Part shown: piece by piece, positions 49,597 through 62,394 of the stretch | Layout: every line of letters begins with the position of its first letter | How positions within the stretch are numbered: the stretch's first letter is position 1 | From: Lingula anatina | Taxonomy: Eukaryota; Animalia; Brachiopoda | Reading direction: 5' to 3' | NCBI GenBank assembly: GCA_051362555.1 | Contig: CM120641.1 | Coordinates: 12,400,001 to 12,464,000, forward strand | Length of the DNA stretch: 64,000 bases | Program-made: the position numbers and the translations under genes | Notes under the pieces: generated by a model | Database searches by the model: none | What the model was told of the DNA's origin: nothing | The model's input: only the letters and a program-made list of their open reading frames with translations

Positions 49597-51328
49597 ATGA
49601 TGATGTTTACCAATTTTTTTACCCACATTCTTTTCCTCTGTTTAGGAGTGGCATTTTTTAAAGGTAAGTAGTTTAACGATACAAAGTGGCATATCTAAAG
49701 TATAGTAAGTGAGGAACGACCTATGTGAGACGGGTATCAGATGTTCAAATAGAGCCCATTTGAGAAGAACTTCATGCTGCACCTACGCCTATAGGTTTTC
49801 GCGCACAAATACAGTTTATTCAACCTCTTAACCAATATTTTAGATTGCGTCTCAGTTGTATCTTGTTAAGAACTACAACGCTGGTAAATGGTTCTGCTTT
49901 AAAACATCTTTCAAATGTAACAAAGAGAAAATGTATGAAAAGTTGTGGCCGATTGCTTTCTGTAATATGATTTTTTTCATGAAAACGACATCGACATATA
50001 TAATTCTTTATCTCAAACATAATTGCATCGATTGTAAATAGAATACCATATCGTGAGTCATATGGTGTTATATAATATTTGACAATATTTGTAAGGATTG
50101 GTTGTGCAAACACTGGTTTGGAGGCAAGATAGTTCGAACGCTTTAGTATAGTATAGGTACACATATTTATGTTATTATGTTTATTCAAAAGTCTATTCAA
50201 CAGTTCTGAATGTAATATTTGTATAAATCTGTATTCTTGTCCTGCATTGCTTTCAAATTTTACTGTTAGACTTTTTCATCGCAGCTGAAATTATACAACA
50301 CAATGAACGACTGGAACCGCTACTACTAATGTGCAATGCAACTCGCGTGTACCACCGCTTTTGGGTTATCAAATTTCTGCTTGATATTCCAGCCTCGCAC
50401 TCCCTAAAGTGCTATCAATGCCAGAACGAAGGAGAGAATAGCTTGTGTAGTAGTAACGCGACTCTGGAAGAATGCCCTACGGGATTTGATACATGTCAGA
50501 CGACACTCCATTTTTCTGGTAAGACGAGATTTAAGGCAGAAATGAATTAGCAAAGCTTTGCTCCTGTTCTTCTTATGAAGTTGTCACTCATAGTTGGCCT
50601 CTGGAAGAGAGTTTATAATGAGTCTTTGTCGTATCTGCGGTATTTTATTTAAAGGAAGTCCACTAATTACTTGACATTCTCGTGTTTCCCATTACGTGTT
50701 TTCCCCTCATTACAGTTTCGTGCATTGTCAAATAAGATAGTAACGACAAAATGGATCATAATTAAGGCCATTTATCATTGTAAAACCGAGACAACATTTT
50801 GTCGAAGTTTCATTTTAGATTTTTTTGCTTGGAACCAAGCCAAAGACTCAACCCAAGGTGTTTTAGCTATCCGTTGAAAGGCTTTGAATAAGGAGTTGGA
50901 AAATATTGCCGATTTTCAAAATATACTCGAGCTATATCACTGATTGGATCGGAAGACCCCGTTTGAAATTTACCACATTATTCCAGACGCATTTCAGATA
51001 TTTTCCCTGAACAAATTCAATCAAGGGTGCACCATGCCTGTTGTGTCATCCGTTGCCCGGAGCGGAGAGCTAAGCACGAAGTCGGTTGAACTGAGGGAAA
51101 AGTCAGAACACATTTCCTAGTTGTGTCAAAGATTTTGAGTCATATTAAATCGCTAAATATCTTGACAAATGATTAATGAAGAGCTAAATGACATTGATAG
51201 CGTAGACTGCACTGCATCTCATGTCTTGGGCATTCGACTGAAGGAAATTTTAATTGATTGCTATCAATTGAAGATCGATTCGTAAATCTAATCAAAATAA
51301 CCTGACTATAACGGAAATATCTGATTCA

Positions 51329-51403
<75 letters not shown>

Positions 51404-53830
51404 ACCATTAAAAGGTATTATTTTTCATAGAACATGAAAATTCAAACTTGCCTGGGATGACAGAATTTTTAACAGCTATAAACCTGCAGATGACAAATGA
51501 TTCTCTAATGGGAAACTCATTTAACTGTCATTGTTTGATCGGCTACAGCTTTTTCACAATCATAATAATAGTTTCTTTGCCGCTAGTATTTCTTTTAGAG
51601 ATAGTCTACAGTTAGAGAATTTCAGAGATCAGCTCATTTCGCCGCAGTGATAAATAAAAAATTTGGAGATAAAAATGTAAGTTTGATTAAAGGTATTCTT
51701 TACGGGGATTTCGAGCCAAATTTAACTTTCCTCGTTGTTTCTACTCATGAATCATTGCTCGTCCTGTCCATGCATTGGATTCTGTTTTGTAGGATTTCTA
51801 ACCTAAGAACTTTGTTATTATTTAACAATGACTCTTTTGGACTGTTTTGTCCGGGCATTTTACAGATGTAGAAGGAAATATAGACAGCAGGCACTTTTAA
51901 TTGAAAGTTTTATCTTTTTTTAAGGCTCTGAATTGGATAAGTAGCTTTGCAGGATATTAAGACATAAAAAGGATGATGTTGGAGTATTTGCAGGCACGTA
52001 GAGTCTATCTTTAATTGTGGCTAACGTTCATTTTCCAGAAGCATTTGGGTCGATATTTCCATGTTTGCCTTGGCCTATTCTACCTAATTTAGGTGTCAAA
52101 AATACAAATGAAAAGATCAATCACGTCCACCACGATTATTGTACTGTTATCCCAATGTCCTTGGTAAGTAAAGAAAGATGAGTTCTCACGCGCACTGTTT
52201 CTAATGGGAATATTCGTGACATATGCTGGCGAGATCTTAACGCTCTAGATAGCACGGGGTACAGACAATATGATATAATATTACATGTGCGTTGTTATCT
52301 TGAGAAAATACTGGCGTCAACCAGCATTTCAACTTTTTTTTTGCATTTTTTTGTTTGGGGGGGGGGGGGGGGGGGGGAGGGGGTACTTACTTTCACAAAC
52401 AGTCTATTTGCCGTGCTTGCTCGGTCTGGAGATGCGATACCTTCAGGCCTTTGTCTCAGGGTGGCAGACATATGTTGAAATATTGTTGGGTTTTAAAACT
52501 GTAAAAAATGACCCTTTATTATTTTCGCATGATTGAGTATTATTTTTGAACCAAAAATTAATAGCAGAAAAGAAATATTTACTTACCTGCAGGCTGTTGT
52601 GCATCAAAATAAGTACGCGTGCTTTGTACCAAAATCACCCCCTACACAACCAATCGATTTACGTAATAGACGGCAAGAAATCACATTACGTGACTCCATA
52701 ACATTTAGCAGACTGAGTTTCTAGGGGATCTGCTATATGCAGCCTTATGCACATTCAATTTGATATCTTGGTTGTGGTATTGGTTTGATTTTAGTTTAGT
52801 TTCAAATCTGGGCCTTTGCCGAGTTTTTATTTCGTTCAAAGTTAATACAGTCCAAACTTGCATGTAAAATCCCCAACCCTAGCAAGTGAAGAGCTAAGCC
52901 GAATCGTCCGACTTTCTTCTTTGTTTTCAAAAATACTTTATACGGGTCATAGGCTTTAACCTTTGGTATCAAATGAAGATAATGGCCTTTCATATGGGGG
53001 AGGGGGGCTATTTTACATTGGCACAACACTTATGGTCTTAAAAGCGCATGTGTATAAAGAGGGTCAGTAGATAATAAACTAAGGCACGACATAGCATAAT
53101 GAATTTTGTGGTTGTCCCCCATCTCACTACTTTGAAGTTAGACCATGTTACGAGCCAGGGCGCACTTGCTAGCTGACCAAGAAGAATGCGCCCTTTTCAG
53201 TTTGAATGACCTGTAGGACCTGCGCGTGTGAACATCGTAGCTAGCCAATAAACTTGAAATTGTCAAGAAAATACAATGGTAAAATATGTGTCAAATAGAC
53301 AGATAAATAGACAAATAGAGAGATATACAAATGAATAATTTACATAGGAAAAAATAGGGGGAAAGAAAAAATATGAAAGTAGGATGAAAATGAAGCTAAA
53401 AAATTATTTATACAAAAAACAAACAGAAAAACATGGTAATAAAGGAGAAAAGCGAGTAATTGGTGTCAAATGAATTATAATACGCGTGTTAACAAAATTC
53501 AGAAACACGATGAAAACGGTAAATAATTAACCAAAATTATCGTTTAAAAAATCAGTTCAGGTTTTTGTCATTCAACGCCTTTCTTTTTCAGGGGATAGCA
53601 ACCGGTTGACAATTAATAAAGCGTGTACGACGAACAACTCATGTCAAACCCAAGCCAAGGTTATAAGCAACATGGGCCCCTTTAAACTCAGCTGCGACCA
53701 TTCAAGATACGAATGGCTGTGTACAACGTGCTGCTACGAAGACATGTGCAACTTCTCTCAAGGACACCGTATCACCTTCCATTTTGTATATTTAGTGTTT
53801 GACTTAATGATGGCTTTTGCCACAACATGA
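49597..53830 (+). CDS. Ly6/uPAR three-finger protein (LYPD6/quiver-like), signal peptide and probable GPI anchor
   Basis: In-frame exons 49597-49663, 50393-50518, 53592-53830. Motif LKCYQC...CCYEDMCN, 12 cysteines in the domain, hydrophobic N- and C-termini. Confidence 0.85.
51335..51401. repeat. (TA)n microsatellite
   Basis: Perfect TA run in Ly6 intron 2. Confidence 0.98.
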
Positions 53831-55705
53831 CTCTCATTTCCCGGTTGCCTTGGAAACAGCAACTAGTTAAATCTTACAAGGTCGTTCATTCATCTGGGAC
53901 CTTTTTTAACAAAAGAAGTTAAACCCGAAAACTAGTGTCTATAGTAGTCCTACAAAAAGAAATACTATTACAACAAAGGCCTGGGTAATGCTTAGGGCTT
54001 TGTTAGAATTGAAGTAGATCAATTTTTGGTCTACAAGTTGAGACCCATTATTGGGCTTCAGTCCTATTAAAATTACAAACACGAATATAGTCTTCGCCTA
54101 TAGCGATCTCTTGCACGCAAATGGCAGAAGAGAGGAACACACTGAAATACTATAATGTGGGTATAGACGGTGATGTAGTTACTGTCCATATCGCCCATCT
54201 TTCGCAGACACATGCAAAAATTTTATGACATTTAACAAGTGGTATAAACAAATCTCAAATAAAAAATCATTGAAACAAGGTACTATCCCAATGCAGTGCA
54301 TTCATCAGACAGTGAAAATCATAACTTCACTTGCTTTATACTTTTACAGCATGTAAAATCCACTACGTCTTCGTCAACAATAAAGATAGGAAATCATTGC
54401 CCGTGATGCAAGAAGCATCGTTTTATCTATAGATAGAAAATTAACTGATAACTTCTATGATAGCTGTGCACTTGGGAGTTTGTTCACAATGAGCAAATAT
54501 GGAAAGAAAGTTAATGATGTGCGTATTCCTATCCTCATCGTAAAATATTGATCTGCAGACCCCTTGCCAGCGGTTAGAAAAGGACGAGGCAAACTACCGC
54601 TGTTACACGGATGTAACCTTGACAAAAGAAAATATTTTGGAATTCTAGGCAAATGCCACATCCGCCTCAACCGTGGCGAGGATTTGTACAGACACATTTC
54701 CAAACAGCCACTTTTCTGCAAAAATATGATGAGATTTATGCACGTGGCATAAACGTGTTTAGTTCTCTAAAAGAAAAATAAATCCTACAAGTTGGCTAAA
54801 ATTTTCAAATACTTTTACTCAATCGCTTGGACTCCTGCAATACACAAAAGGTGCTTCTTGCAATGTGTCACATGAAGTTTATTATTACATATAATTTTAA
54901 CAGAAATCATTTGAATAATTTAACCTCTCACATGAAATACTGATAAATTTAACTGCCGATTTCTTCAAAAATGCCCCTGATAACAATGATACATTAGATA
55001 ACAGATGTTCACCTTAAAATATGTAATCATGTGAAATAATAAACACACTTAAACAATGTCTTGTGTTTTGCACCTTGAGAATAATAGACTTTACCAATTA
55101 CAAAAATGTATGACTGTATAACAGATATGAAATATTTACAAAGTTTAAATCACAGTTTACCTGAAGCACTTCATAAAAATGTCAATATATGGTACATGTA
55201 TATAAAACCTTCTAAATTAGAGTCAATTAGATTTCCAGGCTATAATCATTGCAAAATATTCTTTGATGTATAATAAATGTGCAGAGATTTGAATAAAACA
55301 CACATTAATGGTGATAATATTAGATGTTGTGACTCTGATAGGAATGTGAAATGCCCTCAAAATTTCAATCATTTAAAGGAGACTTATTTCATTTATAATT
55401 TCCAAGATATATGTAAAACAAACTAAGTTGAACTTTCAAGTAATCCTGGATTGAGAAAACTCATACCACATTTTGAGGTACTCATAAAACTATTAGAAAT
55501 ACTTTATAACCAATTTTTTTCATCATTTTTTTCAGAATAAAGGTTGAAACTTACTGTCACTTATATAATTACTGACACACATGAGAAGTAGAGATAGAAA
55601 GGAAATGATCATATAAATAAATTGCTACTGGAATGATATCAAATCAAATATTTGAATGTCAGAATCCCTGTACAATTATGACTTCATAACCAGCACCTGT
55701 TGTGA

Positions 55706-58700
55706 TTACTGGAATATTCTACATTCACAATACAGCAAGTTTTGCTGAATAGTACCAACTAGTAATGCTCCTTTGTAATAGTTGGCTATAGAAGCACCAC
55801 TGATAACACTGCCATTGTTAGCATACACTGACAGCATGGAAGACACAACTCCATCTTTCACTTCTAGCTTTAAAACCTAAAAATAAATAAATTAAATTAT
55901 ATGTTTTCCCACAAATATTAGTATCTGATAACATGCAAGTCGGCCTCATTTATCTATATATATTGTGCTAGGTGTTTCAGGTAAATTGTGTTAACGCCAC
56001 TAAGGTCACATTCATATCAGCGGACAAACAGATCCATGGATCAAATATGGCAGCCCACTTAAATGCTTGCTGCATAATCCTCTAACAGACACTGAATAGA
56101 TTCCTTGCAGGGATTAGGCTACAAGCATTAAAATGGATCTGACTTATTTGATCCACAAATCTGCTAGTCTGCTGGTGTGAATGCCGTAAAAGGTGATTTT
56201 TTGATCTATTAGAACAAAATTTATCAATGCATATTTCCAGATGCATCCAGAAACACCCATTTTTATGATAATTGCTTTGAAAAAGTTCAAGATCTGTACT
56301 TACTAAAACAGGAGCTGGATGCTCAGGCTTGTCCAGATGTTGTATGATATCTATTAATCTGGGCTGTCCGCCAAGCCATATGTCTCCTGTCTCAGTGTCC
56401 ACCCCTATGTTATCTATTCCCATGTGGGTGTCAATGCTCTGTCAAAATAATATACAAAATACATACATATTTGATTTAATAATTTTTATCCATCACCAAA
56501 GGTAAACTTATCTTCAACTAACTTGTAATGGTACTCAACAGCAGATACAGTGTTGAAAGTGTACAGAGAATTACGCTGGTTGATCTAGAATTTTGTTACA
56601 AGGTGGCACAGGATTGAAAGATGAGGGGTAATGAGGGTGGCAAAACATGATTGTTCTACACGGGTAGAGAGGAATAAGGTTCAACTTTAATCTTAAATAT
56701 AATGGGAAATTAGCTGTAAATTCAGCCCATCATGTACAAGATTAAGCCATTACTTACAGATTTGAAAACTAGACTGCCATCTTCATTTCTTGTGTAAGTC
56801 TTCAACTCCTTAGATGCAGCCACATACAAAAACCTAAAATATTCAATTTCAAAATGAGCATCATTATTAAAAAATGAAGAAGGAAAATCACAAGTTTTAT
56901 ATACAGCAATGGTCCTTTTTATCAGCAGCAAATAATTTTGCAAAAAAAGAAATATGAAATATAAATCTCTCTCTCTCTATATATATACTTTTGGATACTT
57001 TAGACAAATCTGCTATGTTAGCAAGTCGGCATTAAGTTCAAACTAGAGGATCAGAGAGGCGATACCAGATGAAAGATGATCCCCCCTCTGCATCTGCCTA
57101 AGCAATACAACAAAATCCACTTACTTTTTATTAGGAGACAGAGTGACACCATTGCAGGAGTACAGTCCATCTGCTGCCATTTTAGCTGTTTCACCATCAT
57201 AGTACACAACACTTCCAAACGGTAGAGTTAGGTATGCTTCTAATGTGCGTGACAGGAAGCTTTCTCCACCCCATATATTTGAGACGTAAAATGAGTTTGG
57301 ACCAGAGGCTGTTACATCATTTAAACTGACAAAACCAGAAAGAGAAAAATGTTAAGGACCTTCAAAACTGCAGAAATGTAAAGATGCACGTAGTAAAATG
57401 TTAGATCTGTAATTAAAATACAAAACATTTGAAGCACATTACACTTGAAGTAAGTTTAGAACAACACCATTTTTATCATTAACACTGGGAAAATTGTTGA
57501 TAAGTTTCATATGTAGCAAAACTTAAGAGCCCAGTGCAAAAGAGTGAAAAAAAATAAAGTAAATAAAATTTAAAAAAACCAAATAAACAAAGTAAAAAGT
57601 GATTTCGGGCTGCACATTTCAATGTTTCTCTTATGCTAAAACTAAATGAGGGAATTTCAAAAGATCATTAGAATTGATGTATTTTGAGCTGAGTTTATGG
57701 TGAAGATTTCTAATAACTGAGAGTCAGGTGTTTATAAGGGCACAATTTCAATGCCTTTTTCTACATATATGGCCCTGAAATAACTTCTTTATAAACAGTT
57801 TTCTTAAGATTGTCACAAAAACAATACTGCTAGTCAGCATAACTAACATTTATATTAAAATTGGTGCAAAAATGTACCCAGCACTTACTTCACAAACAAA
57901 GGATCCCTTATGCTTACAACATGATTCAAAGTCTTGGACGATGGATCATATGTAAACTTTTCCACAGTCTCTCCTAACTTGTGGTGACTAATAGCAAACA
58001 CTGTTATTTCTCCTGAAATGATTGCATTAAAAACTTCAGAAGTTGCACTAAAAATAATTATGAAAATCACCTCTAATGTCAAGTAAGTTCATTTAGATTT
58101 TTTTCTGAGTTGAAGATATGCTTACATGATTTTACATTCTACTTAGTATTTCAATCCAAACCTAATCAAAGGATGTCAAGGCATGTGTCACTGGTTAGGA
58201 CGAAATAATGTTAAATGATCACCTGATGCTGGGTCTTCCCAAACACCAATCCCATGTGAAGAGAAACTTTTAGCATCAAATTCCTTATTAAACTTCAGCT
58301 CCACTGGATCTTTGGTTGGAGTTTTAAAGTCAAACAGATAGATGGCGCTCTTGATGTTTTTTTTTGGTAGAGGTACCTTTGATCCTGTCATGACATTGCT
58401 CCTGTACCCCTATAAATGATTACTGAAAGAGTTTATTTGCTTTTCAAGAAATTATTAAAAAGCACACAGCTTTTATGGTCTATTAAAATATCAAAAGCAC
58501 ATGTTGTTTTAGGGGCATTCCGTGTGTAATTTAAGTCAAAATAAAAAATACAGGTACAATCTTTTATAATAAAATAACTCACTGAAAAAATAAAAACTAT
58601 TGTACATATGCAATGTAATTGACCTTTGTTCATGAAAAAAAGGCACATTTTCATTTTTATCAAATACGTATCTGATATATAGGTACATGTATCATTTTAC

Positions 58701-60740
58701 CACCAGCATAACTTCAACTAGTTTGAATATAATTTTATATAGAAATGCCAGCTTGTGCACAGAAATGATATTGCCTTTATATCTTATTTTTTATTTAGAT
58801 AGCCAGTGCATGTATCCAAAGGCATACTTGACTTTTCTGAATCAATAAAATTAATTACCCTTATGAAAATTTGAATTTTTATTTAGAGAGAAAATATACA
58901 AGAATAAATGTTCACTTTCACCTGGATTACGACTAGTGAAGAATTTAATTGGTATACTTGGCTTTAAAATGCAAAACTGGAATGGTCAGTTAATACTTAA
59001 ATATTGCTAAAGATGGAAGAAATTCAAGTATGTTATCTTTATTTTTTCTTTATATCTCATATTTACTTCCATTCATCCAAACTTATTGCATAAAAAAATA
59101 CTCACAGTTGATATAAATACACGCCCATCTGGTAAAGTCTGCAAATCTTCTGATCCTTGAACTAAAAAGAAAAGAAAACTTTAATAAACTTATTAAATAT
59201 ACCTTTAAGTGTTCCACTTCTATTAAAAGAATAACTTACCATATAAACAGCCTAATCAACCTAAACCTGGATAACCCAACTCTCAAAGAGACCTGTTGTT
59301 TCCCAATTTTAAGTCAAACATTTCATAACTTGTGTCGATAAATGTCAATGTCAAATTTTGACCACAAATAAAATATGCATGAAGCATCACTGTCTTCTGT
59401 ATGTGACAATTAGAAATGTGGTGATATTTATTATGCTAATAATACAATAAACCTTATGTATAAAAACGTGTACTGGAATTAATTATAACCCTGTTACTTA
59501 AAGGACAAATATCTACATAATGGCTACTGTTAGCTGGTATATAAATGTGCAGCTTTTTTTAAATTTCATGTACCGGTAGCACAAATTTCATGCCTTTGCA
59601 CTGTACACATTATCATAATCTACAAAATGAGTTATCATACTAGTACCTAATTTAGGAATGGTCCTGCAAGGTCCAGGTATCTGATTGTATACAGTCACAT
59701 GAAAACCAACATGGTATCTGAAATGTGCATTTACACAAATACATTATATTGTTTCAGCATATCCATATTATGTACAAATTGGCAGATACAGTAGAGGTGG
59801 AATTAATCTGTCATTTTGCCACCAACTTCCCAGTTGCTACTGTAAGAAAAAGGGTAAAAACTATATGGTGCATGATGCCATAATGTGTATAACAAATATA
59901 CCTCTTTGTCCCTCTATCTTCTGCCCCATAGAATGTGCAGGAGGCAAGAAAATATCCCTGTACGTAAAAAGACCACGTGCCAGATATATCAAGTCACACT
60001 GGCCTGTAGCCAGCAATTTCATTTTTAGTGGATCTTTTATGAAACCTTTGCATACCTATAATAAATTTTACCCAGAGCAGAACTTTTCCCAGCAAAAAGG
60101 GCAGTTCATTCGACCCCCCCAGGACCCCCTGGCTACGGGTCTGTCACACCTTTGTCACTACAGGCCATTGACCATACCAGTACCAGTAGGCCTATGTATA
60201 AATCATGACACAGGGTACCAGAGAGGTGGAGGACAATGTGGGATTTGCATTTACTTAGTAAACAGTAAGTGCCACTAACTTTTGCAACAGTAGTAACACA
60301 TATCCTAGTCGGGGCATCTTAGCGGGGGAGAGGTCACCATGTCGGAATCAAAGACGTGCTAAAAGTTGTGTGAAGAGGCTGCATGATTGGAGGGGGGGGG
60401 GGGGGCGGAGAGGTGTACACGGAACAGCTGCTTTTTTAAAAGTTAAAAATCATGATGTTCTAGCTGAATCTTTTAATGAGAAACTTGGTTTAAAGGAATC
60501 ACAACCTTTGCACTGATTCGTCTGACTCGTGACGACTACCACACCGATTAACAAAATCACGATTCACGTTAGGGGGGCGTCCTTGAGATACTGTACGGTA
60601 CCGGTAGATCTAAAGATGAGATATGCATTTCAAAGTTATGCCACTATTTTGCATCAAGCAGTGGTAGATACTTACATCAATCTCGCAATGTGCTGTGCAA
60701 TAACAATGAGTAAACTAACGACGACAATTTTGACATACAT
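55706..60740 (-). CDS. PON: Paraoxonase/arylesterase (PON family, Ca2+-dependent lactonase)
   Basis: Nine exons: 60676-60740, 59647-59717, 59106-59161, 58223-58409, 57889-58012, 57125-57325, 56758-56833, 56304-56438, 55706-55876. Motifs: PGPC, GSEDL, FSSHGI, LNDV, CNGV, IDNI, YANNGSV, LLVGTI...LYCE. Confidence 0.92.
59999..60143 (-). mobile_element. MITE, 5-bp TSD family (copy 3, in PON intron 1)
   Basis: ctggcctgtagccag...ctggctacgggtctg; TSD TCACA. Confidence 0.82.
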
Positions 60741-61121
60741 TTTGTCTAAACGCTGGAGCTAGAGCAGGTGAGCACATGCACGAAGCAGAGTTAAAAGCAC
60801 ATTGAATTGAAGTTTCGTATTTAAAAGACACGCATATTGTATTGTGTGTAAGATGGATCTTCATTGCTTCAAAAATTACACATTAAACTCGTTTCTTGAA
60901 ATTTTGATGCATATCCATCCGATATTTTGCAATTTGACAGTAAGGGTACCGTGAGCTTGTAAGGCCGAAAATTGAGGCAACCAAAGATTACATATCAGTA
61001 ACACCTAACACATTTGCCGAAAACTGAGGTGTGATAATCAAGGGTGGGCAGAAACATTAATCGGGGATAAATCGGGGGCAAATGATTTCATTTTAAGAGG
61101 TCAAAGGTTTTGATCGATTAA

Positions 61122-61550
61122 AGGGATAACAACTGTTCATTTTGGAAAAAAAATTCCTAGGATAAACAGCAATTTCCCCATTCTTACCAATTGTTAATGA
61201 ATCTATTTCTGCAAAGCTAGAGCTAGTCCCTGTTTTTTTTCTAAAAAAGTTTTTTTTTTTTTTTGTAAAAATCTCTTAAGAGAGATCATTTTACGCCCAC
61301 GTGTTTGTGTTTTGTAAGCAAATAAAGGGATGGCCATTTCAAGTAAAAAAAGAAATGTAAGAAAGAACATACAGTACCACTGAATCGCCTTAATACAAAT
61401 CATGATCATTAGTTGAGCACTGTGGAAATATGTGCAAGCTAAACACTTTCAGAACCCTACGACTCATTAATAATGGAAAAGTGATAGGAAAATACATTTG
61501 GGTAGACCAGATCTGAGAAAATTACTTTCAAACTAGAGATTATTATTCTT
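61122..61550 (+). mobile_element. TTAA-flanked MITE, possibly inside a small CAAGGGTGGGCA...TGCCCACGTTG element (about 61038-61567)
   Basis: TTAA|AGGGATAACAACT...GATTATTATTCTT|TTAA; left part homologous to 1473 and to the 33500-33836 element. Confidence 0.7.
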
Positions 61551-62195
61551 TTAAATGCCCACGTTGATGATTCTTTCAATAGCAGTAATTGTCAATTGTA
61601 TAGAGTTGAAAACTTTATTTCCTAAAAGTTATCTACCACTGGTCACATTCTCCGCGAATTAAAAATTCATTGACACTTTCAAATTTTGAGTGTACTGGTA
61701 ACAATACCAACTATGCCTTGCATCCTTTACAGACCATAATGTAATGTATGTTCCACAGTCATAGAAAAGAAATGAAAGACAAGTTTAATAAATAGAGAGA
61801 ACATTTTTTTCAGTTTTTTTTGTAGAATTTAATGAGGTATTTAAAAGTAACTCAGACATCAAAAGTGATAACCTATTACACAACAGGATCCACACATCAA
61901 ATGTTTTAATCATTTGTATGTAAAGGAATGCAGATCCTAGAAACATCAAACTTATGACCTCCTTTTCAGCACACTTGTAGGTTTTCCAACACAGCAGAAA
62001 ATTCAAAATGAACTTTACTAACATCCTCTCTGAAAGACCTAAATTGTCTTGTGGATTTCAGCACTTTTGGGAAATTAAAAAATATATATAATGTTTGTTC
62101 CATCTATAAAAAGTAAGTGACTCACAAAATTGCGTTTTTTTAGTCTATCCATTGAGTGGGTGTAAGAAACGGATCTCACTTTAGACTTCAAGGGT

Positions 62196-62364
62196 CAGGC
62201 CTGTAGCCAGCAATTTCAGAGGGGGGGGGTTCGTTTTCTGAAAAAGTGGACCTTTTACCATAAAATCCTCAAATACATAGGTCAAATTTTACCCAGAGTG
62301 GACCTTTTCCCAGCAAAAAGGGTGGTTCTTTCGAACCTCCCGAACCCCCCTGGCTACGGGCCTG
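62196..62364 (-). mobile_element. MITE, 5-bp TSD family (copy 4)
   Basis: caggcctgtagccag...ctggctacgggcctg; TSD AGGGT. Confidence 0.9.
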
Positions 62365-62394
62365 AGGGTCTCTATGGTCCTTATCAGTTGCTAT

